A stretch of 51,842 nt of DNA, from contig JBBTFC010000068.1 of NCBI GenBank assembly GCA_038042015.1, forward strand, positions 3,851 to 55,692. The letters are read 5' to 3'. Under the pieces are notes generated by a model, which did not search any database, was not told the origin of the DNA, and saw only the letters and a list, made by a program, of their open reading frames with translations. Made by a program: the position numbers and the translations under genes. Positions 41,428 through 49,092 of the stretch are shown here, piece by piece (the first letter of the stretch is position 1; each line of letters starts with the position of its first letter). The stretch is from Deltaproteobacteria bacterium (GTDB lineage Bacteria > Desulfobacterota > GWC2-55-46 > UBA9637).

Positions 41428-41471
41428 CACTGAACACTGGTCGCTGAGCAGTATTTTTAAACTGACCACTG
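41428..41471. repeat. Family B word repeat downstream of rel
   Basis: cactgaacactggtcgctgagcagtatttttaaactgaccactg is built from CACTG/CAGTG words. Confidence 0.55.
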
Positions 41472-41474
41472 TTT

Positions 41475-43658
41475 TCACCCCTCCACCCTTTCCACCTTTA
41501 TAACCTTTTTAACCTTCTTAAGGCCGCTCATAATACTCATCAGATGTTCAAGGCTTGTAACCTCTATCTCAAATATACATATTGCTTTTTTATCAGCCGT
41601 AGTCGTAATAGCGGCATTTGTAATATTCGCCTCCTGCGCTGTAATGACGCTGCTCATATTTACCAGCAGCCCCTTTTCGTCATGGCATACAACCCTGAGC
41701 TTTGCGGGACGGACTGTTTTTAAGCCTTTATCCCACGCAACATCTATCAACCGTTCAGTCTCGCTGTGTTTTATGCTTGGACAATTTTTTAAATGAACAG
41801 CAACCCCCTTGCCTCTGCTTATAAATCCTACTATGTCATCGCCATGCAAAGGGTTGCAGCATCTTGCAAACCTTATCATAACATCATCTATGCCTTTTAC
41901 AAGCACCGCCTCATGCGGGGCCTTTTTAAGCCCCCGATTGAATCTATCGGGGGTAAACCTCTGTAAAACTTTTTTAAATGTAGACACCGGATGCGCCTGA
42001 ATCTTTTCCGGCGGAAGAAGTTTGCCCAGAAGCTGGTGGCTGGACAGTTTGCCGTAACCTATGCCGGCAAGGGCGTCGTCAACCGATGAAAAGCCAAACC
42101 CTTCTCTTGCAATCTTATCCAATTCGCCTGATTTGAGCAATTTATGGAAATCCACAGCATGTCTTTTAAAGTCCTTATCGCATATCTCCTTGCCAAGGGT
42201 TATGCTCTTTTCGCGCTCTTCTGTCTTTACCAATTGTCTTATCTTTGCCTTTGCCCTTGATGTGACTACAAACTTAAGCCAGTCCTTGCTTGGCGCGTGA
42301 TTCTGTGATGTTATTATCTCCACCATATCGCCGTTTTTAAGCTGATATTTCAAAGGCACAAGCCTTCCATTAACCCTTGCGGCTGAGCATCTGTGTCCCA
42401 CATCTGTATGCACGGCATACGCAAAATCCACAGCCGTAGCGCCTTTTGGCAGATCCTTTACAGCGCCCTTTGGCGTAAAGACAAATACCTCTTCGGAAAA
42501 GAGGTCCATCTTCATAGTATCCATGAACTCCCTTGCATCCTTCATATCCTTCTGCCACTCCATCATTTGCCTGAGCCATGCAAACTGCTTGTCATCCTTT
42601 TCAAGCATTGCCTTGCCTTCCTTATATCTCCAGTGTGCCGCAATGCCCTCTTCTGCGATCTTATGCATCTCTTCTGTCCTTATCTGTATCTCAATTCTTT
42701 CGCCGTAAGGCCCTACTACGCTTGTGTGTAAAGACTGATACATATTTGGCTTAGGTATGGCAATGTAGTCTTTAAATCTTCCCGGTATCGGCTTCCATGC
42801 AGAGTGGATAATACCAAGGGCTTCGTAACATTCTTTAACTGTGCCCACGATAATCCTGAATGCAAGGACATCATAGATATGCTCAAGCGAAACCCCGTCT
42901 TTCAACATCTTCTTATACATGCTGTAAAGGTGCTTTGGCCTGCCGGTAACTTCAGCCTTCAAATTATATTCGGCAAGCTTCTTTTCTATAATTGCCTTAA
43001 CCTCCTGGATATATCTCTCCCTCTCCTCTTTTTCTGTGGCAAGCCGCTCCTCAAGTTCTTTGTAGGCATCAGGCTTCTGATAATTGAAGGAAAGATCTTC
43101 CAGTTCTGTTTTTATCCAGCCGATGCCGAGACGATTTGCAATTGGCACATAGATATCCATAGTTTCCTGGGCTATTTTTAGTCTTTTCTCAGGCGCAAGG
43201 GCAGAGAGCGTTCGCATGTTGTGCAGCCTGTCGGCAAGTTTTATCATAATGACCCTGATGTCCTCTGCCATGGCAATTATCATTTTACGGAAGTTCTCTG
43301 CCTGACGCTCCTCTCCTGATGCTCCCTTACTCTCAAAACTTATCTTTCCTATCTTTGTAACCCCGTCCACAAGCGTTGCAATATTTTCGCCAAACAGCTC
43401 TTTAATCTTATCAAGGGTCGTCAATGTATCTTCAACAGTATCGTGGAGGATGCCGGCCACAACGGTTGTCACATCCATCTGCATATTTGCCAGAGTATTG
43501 GCCACCTCAATAATATGGCTGAGATAAGGCTCTCCTGATAAACGCACCTGCCCCTGATGAACCTTGGCAGAAAAGATATATGCCTTTTTTATAAGCTCAA
43601 GGTCTGCCGCAGGATTGTAGGCGGATATTTTATCTATAATTTCTTCAAGCCTGACCAT
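41475..43658 (-). CDS. rel: Bifunctional (p)ppGpp synthetase/hydrolase
   Basis: 727 aa with the HD hydrolase motif (HDTVEDT), the RelA/SpoT synthetase core (YIAIPKPNMYQSLHT), TGS and a C-terminal ACT domain. Confidence 0.93.
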   Translation of the reverse strand: MVRLEEIIDKISAYNPAADLELIKKAYIFSAKVHQGQVRLSGEPYLSHIIEVANTLANMQMDVTTVVAGILHDTVEDTLTTLDKIKELFGENIATLVDGVTKIGKISFESKGASGEERQAENFRKMIIAMAEDIRVIMIKLADRLHNMRTLSALAPEKRLKIAQETMDIYVPIANRLGIGWIKTELEDLSFNYQKPDAYKELEERLATEKEERERYIQEVKAIIEKKLAEYNLKAEVTGRPKHLYSMYKKMLKDGVSLEHIYDVLAFRIIVGTVKECYEALGIIHSAWKPIPGRFKDYIAIPKPNMYQSLHTSVVGPYGERIEIQIRTEEMHKIAEEGIAAHWRYKEGKAMLEKDDKQFAWLRQMMEWQKDMKDAREFMDTMKMDLFSEEVFVFTPKGAVKDLPKGATAVDFAYAVHTDVGHRCSAARVNGRLVPLKYQLKNGDMVEIITSQNHAPSKDWLKFVVTSRAKAKIRQLVKTEEREKSITLGKEICDKDFKRHAVDFHKLLKSGELDKIAREGFGFSSVDDALAGIGYGKLSSHQLLGKLLPPEKIQAHPVSTFKKVLQRFTPDRFNRGLKKAPHEAVLVKGIDDVMIRFARCCNPLHGDDIVGFISRGKGVAVHLKNCPSIKHSETERLIDVAWDKGLKTVRPAKLRVVCHDEKGLLVNMSSVITAQEANITNAAITTTADKKAICIFEIEVTSLEHLMSIMSGLKKVKKVIKVERVEG

Positions 43659-43710
43659 AATTTGTAATTTAACTCAATATGGAATAATTTGCAATAATAC
43701 CAACCTCTCC

Positions 43711-44646
43711 TCAACCTATCATCGCCCTCAGATGCGCCTCCACAGACATTGCAAGGGCATTCAGGTTATAGCCGCCCTCCAAGGCCGAGAGAACCCTTCC
43801 CTTACAGCAAGTATTCGCAATATAAAGAATTATCTTTGTCATCTCCGCATAAGACGCCTCTGTAAGCATCAGACTCCCCAATGGGTCGTCTCTGTGCGCA
43901 TCAAAGCCGGCAGATATGAGAATAAAGTCGGGAGAAAACTCTATTGCCTTGTCGTAAAGCGTGTTCCTGAACTTCTTCATAAACTCATCAGCAGGGGTAC
44001 CTGCCCTCATGGGCACATTTATGGTAAACCCCACCCCCTTACCCTCACCTTTTTCATTGGCAGAACCTGTCCCGGGGTAATGAGGATACTGGTGTGTTGA
44101 GAAGTAGAGGACTGACGGGTCTTCATAAAAGACATACTGGGTTCCGTTGCCATGATGGAGGTCCCAGTCTATGATCAGAACCTTTGCTATTCCGTATTTC
44201 TTCTGCAGATACCTCGCACCTATGGCAATATTGTTAAAGAGGCAGAACCCCATGGCCTGGTCTGGCATTGCATGATGCCCCGGAGGACGGACGAGGGCCA
44301 TGCCATTATCTATCTCTTTGGCCATAATCTTGTCTATCCCTGTTAATACGCCTCCCACTGAGAGGAGGGCAATGCGATAGGATTCCTCGGATATTGGAGT
44401 ATCAGAGGTTAGCGCTGTGCAGCCATTATCCCATGCGCTTTTTATGGTCTCGAAATACCTTTTTGAGTGGACAAGGAGGATGTCTTCTTCTTTGGCTGGA
44501 TTAGGTTCAATCAGGATTAGTTTTTTAAGAAGGCCGGACTCATCTAATCTGCGCATGATGGCTGTCAGCCTGTCGGGAGATTCAGGATGACTAAAGCCGG
44601 TTTTATGCCTAAGGTAATCAGGATGATAAACGATAGCGCATATCAT
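43711..44646 (-). CDS. Histone deacetylase-family (AcuC/Aph-type) deacetylase
   Basis: 311 aa with the motifs RPPGHHA, DWDLHHGNGTQ and EGGYN. Confidence 0.85.
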   Translation of the reverse strand: MICAIVYHPDYLRHKTGFSHPESPDRLTAIMRRLDESGLLKKLILIEPNPAKEEDILLVHSKRYFETIKSAWDNGCTALTSDTPISEESYRIALLSVGGVLTGIDKIMAKEIDNGMALVRPPGHHAMPDQAMGFCLFNNIAIGARYLQKKYGIAKVLIIDWDLHHGNGTQYVFYEDPSVLYFSTHQYPHYPGTGSANEKGEGKGVGFTINVPMRAGTPADEFMKKFRNTLYDKAIEFSPDFILISAGFDAHRDDPLGSLMLTEASYAEMTKIILYIANTCCKGRVLSALEGGYNLNALAMSVEAHLRAMIG

Positions 44647-45392
44647 ACCGGCTTTTTACTTTCAGGGACTTTTAATCCAAGTTTGGCCAGTACAGTTTTC
44701 ATGTCTTCCCATACCTCTTTTTTCTTTTCCGGACTCCTCAGGAGGTATGAAGGGTGGAATGTCGGCATGAGTAGGATATTATTTCTGTACCCATGAAATC
44801 TTCCGCGAAGCGCGCTTATCTTTTCAGGTGTGTTTAAAAGCGTTTGTGCCGCATGGGTTCCGAGGGCGACAATTATCTCCGGTTTTATTGTGTCAATCTG
44901 TTTTTCAAGAAATGGCCGGCATGTTAGAATTTCGTCAGGCTGAGGCGGGCGGTTTCCAGGCGGCCTGCATTTTACAACATTGCAGATATACGCATCTCCT
45001 CTTTTTAATCCCATTGCCTCAATCATCTTTGTCAACAACTGACCTGCCCTGCCGACAAAAGGTTCTCCCTGAAGGTCTTCATCCTCTCCCGGACCTTCGC
45101 CGACAAATACAAGCCTGGCTTTGGGATTGCCTACTCCAAAGACGATATTTGTTCTTTGTTCGTGTAGTTTGCATCTCCTGCAATCTCCCAACTCTTCACG
45201 GACAGACTCAAGAGATGCAAGTGATGGTTGATGATCGGTGAGCGGTGGCTTTTTATTACTGACCACTGACCGCTGGCCACTAACCACTGAACTCTGCACA
45301 GGCAGTTCTTCTATCCCAATCTCCTTCAGGTAGAGGAGGTAATTTTTTGCATCCATTGCTAACTTCTTATAAAATACTCCTGTATCCGCCAT
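44643..45392 (-). CDS. Uracil-DNA glycosylase, family 4, with N-terminal extension
   Basis: It has CRRCKL, GEGPGEDED, NVVKCRPP and FHPSYLLR. The first 70 aa or so are an extension that contains a translated family B repeat. Confidence 0.88.
   Translation of the reverse strand: MADTGVFYKKLAMDAKNYLLYLKEIGIEELPVQSSVVSGQRSVVSNKKPPLTDHQPSLASLESVREELGDCRRCKLHEQRTNIVFGVGNPKARLVFVGEGPGEDEDLQGEPFVGRAGQLLTKMIEAMGLKRGDAYICNVVKCRPPGNRPPQPDEILTCRPFLEKQIDTIKPEIIVALGTHAAQTLLNTPEKISALRGRFHGYRNNILLMPTFHPSYLLRSPEKKKEVWEDMKTVLAKLGLKVPESKKPV
45257..45292. repeat. Family B word repeat translated inside the UDG gene
   Basis: The minus-strand sequence cagtggttagtggccagcggtcagtggtcagt matches the left arm at 12197-12228 at about 26 of 32 positions by eye. 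It is translated as SVVSGQRSVVS. Confidence 0.75.
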
Positions 45393-45488
45393 ATTATCTC
45401 CTTTAACGGGTCTAAGGACCCGTTTCTACTAACCCTCACTGCTTACTGTCTTCTCTAATCTCCAACCTCCATCTATTTGGTATGGGGG

Positions 45489-45517
45489 TTTACATCCTAT
45501 CTTTTTTGCTGTAATAT
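45489..45517 (+). promoter_or_regulatory. Sigma70-type promoter that predicts a leaderless mRNA for the PLC-like gene
   Basis: TTTACA (45489-45494)-N17-TAATAT (45512-45517). ATG 45524 lies 6 nt after the -10 and there is no SD sequence. Confidence 0.45.
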
Positions 45518-45523
45518 TTTATC

Positions 45524-46378
45524 ATGTATTTTTCAGCCATTATGATTTTTATCATTTTTGTTCTTATTCCCGACAATGTATATGCTTGGGGGCCTGCAGC
45601 GCATCTGGAGTTCGGCAGGGACATATTAAACAATTTGAGATTTCTGCCGCTGTCGCTGCAGGGGCTTCTGCTGGCATTTCCTTACGATTATCTCTATGGG
45701 AATATAAGCGCTGATATAGTTGTCGGCAAAAACATGACAGAAACTTTAAAACACTGCCATAACTGGAGGATCGGCCTTAAGGTGCTGAAAAGCGCCAGGA
45801 CAGACTCTCAAAAGGCCTTTGCCTATGGGTATATCAGCCATCTTGCAGCAGACACCATTGCCCACAACTATTATATCCCTGAAAAGTTTATTCAATCATT
45901 TTCCAGCAGGGTTCTCAAGCATACATACTGGGAGATACGGTTTGACGCCCTCGCTGATAAAAGCGTCTGGAAGCTCTCTTCCAGAATATCCAAAAGGGTT
46001 CATCGGGGGAATGACGGTCTTTTAAAAAATATACTTGAAGACACGCCCCTGTCTTTCAGAACAAACAAGACCATTTTTTCAAGCATACTTCTCATACATA
46101 GATTAGAACAGTGGCAGAACATGCTCAGTATGTTCTCCTCATCATCCAGATGGGTTTTAAGCACAGAGGAACGAAGAGAATATTATAACCGCTCTCTAAC
46201 AGCCATTAAGGATTTTTTAACCCATGGCCCTAAGGCAAAATGCTTCAGAGATGACCCAACCGGCAGGGCAAAATTAGATACCGCTAAGAAATTAAGAAGC
46301 CATTTAAAAACGTTGAAGCGGAATGGAAAAGACTGGGAAACCGCCATGGAAAAGGCCCTTCACATAATTAACCCTTAA
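45524..46378 (+). CDS. Zinc-dependent phospholipase C-like family protein
   Basis: The signal peptide ends in AW, with WGPAAHLEFG at the mature N-terminus. HLAADTIAHNYY supplies a histidine cluster. The call rests on motifs only. Confidence 0.5.
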   Translation: MYFSAIMIFIIFVLIPDNVYAWGPAAHLEFGRDILNNLRFLPLSLQGLLLAFPYDYLYGNISADIVVGKNMTETLKHCHNWRIGLKVLKSARTDSQKAFAYGYISHLAADTIAHNYYIPEKFIQSFSSRVLKHTYWEIRFDALADKSVWKLSSRISKRVHRGNDGLLKNILEDTPLSFRTNKTIFSSILLIHRLEQWQNMLSMFSSSSRWVLSTEERREYYNRSLTAIKDFLTHGPKAKCFRDDPTGRAKLDTAKKLRSHLKTLKRNGKDWETAMEKALHIINP

Positions 46379-47559
46379 CTCCTTAACTCCTTTACAACCT
46401 TATCCAATATCCGCTCGGCCACCTCATTTTTGGGCAAAAGGGGCAATTCTTCCACCTCGTCTTCCTTGCCTATAACAGTAACCCGTGTTGCCTCTCCATC
46501 AAAACTCGCAGGGCCATTTGCAATTATAAAATCAAGCTTTTTATCTTTCAGCTTTTTCCTTGCATTTGCCAGCATATCTTCTGTCTCAAGGGCGAAACCA
46601 ACAAGGAACTGACCCCTTTTCCTCCTTCCCATCTCTTTAAGTATATCCTGAGTCCTCTCCAGCTCTATATTGAACCTTGCCTCCTCTTTTTTTACCTTCT
46701 TTCTATGGCTTATCTTTGGCCTGTAGTCAGATACAGCAGCAGCCATTATAACTATCGTAGATTGGGGATAGTGTCTCATGCTGGCCTCTGCCATATCTTC
46801 TGCGGTTTGGGTTTTTATAAATGTAACACCCCTTGGAGGCTTGAGATAAGAAGGTCCGCTAACCAGAACAACCTCTGCGCCACGTCTTCTGGCAGCCCTT
46901 GCAATAGCGTATCCCATCCTGCCTGACGACGGATTGGAGATAAATCTTACCGGGTCTATTGCCTCTCTTGTTGGCCCGGCAGTAACCAATACCTTCTCAT
47001 TCTTTAGATCTTTCGGCGCAAGACATTCCTCTGCCGCATCTATAATATCCTCAACCGGCGCAAGCCGCCCTTTGCCTTCGTAACCGCAGGCAAGCTCGCC
47101 ATCTTCAGGTCCAATGAAGCAGCAGCCAAGTTTTCTGAGTTTTTCAATATTATGCTGAACAATCTTATTTTCATACATATTGGAATTCATTGCCGGCGCA
47201 AAAAGCACAGGGGCCTTTGTGGCCATAATAACAGTTGTCAAAAGGTCATCCGCTATGCCTGATGCAACCTTCCCTATGATATTTGCCGTTGCCGGGGCAA
47301 TAACTACAATATCCGCCTTTTCTGCCAAATCAATATGAGAAATCCGTGACTCATGGGTAAGGTCAAACATATCCTGGCTGACAGGATTTCCAGCAATTGT
47401 CTGAAGGCTCAGCGGGGTTATAAAATTTGCTGCTGCCTTTGTCATAACAGGCCAAACCAGGGCCTCGTTTTTAATGAAAATCCTTGCTATCTCCAAGGCC
47501 TTGTATGCAGCTATCCCGCCTGTAATGCCAAGGACTATTTTTTTGTTATTTAATATCAC
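46375..47559 (-). CDS. coaBC: Bifunctional phosphopantothenoylcysteine decarboxylase / phosphopantothenate-cysteine ligase
   Basis: 394 aa. The flavoprotein N-domain shows GITGGIAAYK and PAMN. The C-terminal CoaB domain shows ISNPSSGRMG and AAAVSDY. Confidence 0.92.
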   Translation of the reverse strand: MILNNKKIVLGITGGIAAYKALEIARIFIKNEALVWPVMTKAAANFITPLSLQTIAGNPVSQDMFDLTHESRISHIDLAEKADIVVIAPATANIIGKVASGIADDLLTTVIMATKAPVLFAPAMNSNMYENKIVQHNIEKLRKLGCCFIGPEDGELACGYEGKGRLAPVEDIIDAAEECLAPKDLKNEKVLVTAGPTREAIDPVRFISNPSSGRMGYAIARAARRRGAEVVLVSGPSYLKPPRGVTFIKTQTAEDMAEASMRHYPQSTIVIMAAAVSDYRPKISHRKKVKKEEARFNIELERTQDILKEMGRRKRGQFLVGFALETEDMLANARKKLKDKKLDFIIANGPASFDGEATRVTVIGKEDEVEELPLLPKNEVAERILDKVVKELRS

Positions 47560-47586
47560 AGTGTTATATTACCAGCAAAGAAATAT

Positions 47587-49080
47587 TTACGCCACCTCAT
47601 ACTGGTCCTGGTGAAGACTGCTTAATGTCTTGATGGCAACCCTTTTTTTAAATCTTTTTTCCAGGTCCTCTATTATATGCTCGCTTTCTCCATATAGAAG
47701 CTCTGCAATCACAGGATGGACATAAAGGTTGATTTTTCGCCGTCTCTTTGGCAGTTCCTTTATAAGTTCCCTGTAAATCTCCATTATCACAGCATCCTTT
47801 GATTTTACAATTCCGTTTCCTTCGCAGTAGGGACACGGCTCGCAGAGGAGTTGATTTATGCTCTCCCTGCTCCTTTTTCTTGTCATCTCTATAAGGCCCA
47901 TTTCAGATATCTTCAGGATATTTGTCCTTGCCTTATCTCCTTTAAGCGCCTCTTTTAAAGCATTGTAAACCTTTTCCCTGTTGGCTGACTTTGTCATGTC
48001 TATTAGGTCAAGGACAATGATGCCGCCTATGTTCCTGAGCTTTAACTGATAGACAATCTCTTTTACAGCCTCCATATTTGTCTTGAGGACTGTCTCCTCC
48101 GAGTTTTTTTTGCCGACATATTTGCCTGTATTGACATCTATGGCAGTCAGCGCCTCCATCTGATCTATGATGATGTAGCCGCCTGATTTTAGCCAGACTT
48201 TTTTGGAAGCGGCGTCTGCAAGCTCTATTTCAACCCCGTATGTGTCAAATATCGGCTCCTCTCTTTCATATAATTCAATGCGATGCTTTAGCTCCGGCAT
48301 AAAGTCTTCTGCAAATCTTACTGCCCTTTCATATTCCTCTTGGGAATCTATAGCTAATCTGTCCACATCACTGGTAAAGATGTCTCTTATCGTCCTTAAG
48401 GTTAGATCCAGTTCCTGATATAAAAGAGCCGGGGCCGGCTCTTTTTCTCTTTTTTTAAGTATATCGGCCCATAATTTTATAAGAAAATCCATATCAGCCC
48501 TTATATCATCTTCCTTCATCCCTTCGCATGCAGTGCGTATTATAAAACCTGAACCCGACGGCCTGAGTTTTGCCACAATATCCCGCAGCCTTCTTCTTTC
48601 TTTTTCGTTTTCTATCCTCCTGGAAATACCGATATGGTCGTCTGACGGCATAAAAACAATCTGTCTTCCGGGGAGAGAGATGTGGGATGTAACCCTTGCG
48701 CCTTTGCTGCCCATAGGTTCCTTTGTTACCTGAACCATAATCTCCTGACCTTCTTTTATGATGTCCTGAATAGGGGCATATCTGGATTGTTTCTCTCTTA
48801 CCTCGTCTTCCCCATCTTTTGCGATGTCTTCAAATTCATCAAATGTCTCATAAACATCTGTCGCATGAAGAAATGCCGTTCTTTCCAAACCGATATCAAT
48901 AAACGCAGCCTGCATCCCGGGCAGCACCCTTGCAACCTTTCCTTTGTAAATGTTTCCGCTGAGGCCCCTGTCCTTTGGTCTCTCCAGATAAAATTCCACA
49001 AGCCTGCCGCCCTGCAGAACTGCAAGCCTTGTTTCATGCGGGCTGTAATTTATAATAATTTCATTTCCTGAATGTTTCAT
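47587..49080 (-). CDS. rng: Ribonuclease G/E family endoribonuclease
   Basis: 497 aa. The S1 domain shows GNIYKGKVARVLPGMQAAFIDIG. The catalytic core shows GGYIIIDQMEALTAIDVNTG and GGIIVLDLIDM, and a Zn-link CPYC is present. Confidence 0.9.
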   Translation of the reverse strand: MKHSGNEIIINYSPHETRLAVLQGGRLVEFYLERPKDRGLSGNIYKGKVARVLPGMQAAFIDIGLERTAFLHATDVYETFDEFEDIAKDGEDEVREKQSRYAPIQDIIKEGQEIMVQVTKEPMGSKGARVTSHISLPGRQIVFMPSDDHIGISRRIENEKERRRLRDIVAKLRPSGSGFIIRTACEGMKEDDIRADMDFLIKLWADILKKREKEPAPALLYQELDLTLRTIRDIFTSDVDRLAIDSQEEYERAVRFAEDFMPELKHRIELYEREEPIFDTYGVEIELADAASKKVWLKSGGYIIIDQMEALTAIDVNTGKYVGKKNSEETVLKTNMEAVKEIVYQLKLRNIGGIIVLDLIDMTKSANREKVYNALKEALKGDKARTNILKISEMGLIEMTRKRSRESINQLLCEPCPYCEGNGIVKSKDAVIMEIYRELIKELPKRRRKINLYVHPVIAELLYGESEHIIEDLEKRFKKRVAIKTLSSLHQDQYEVA

Positions 49081-49092
49081 ATTTTAAGATGA

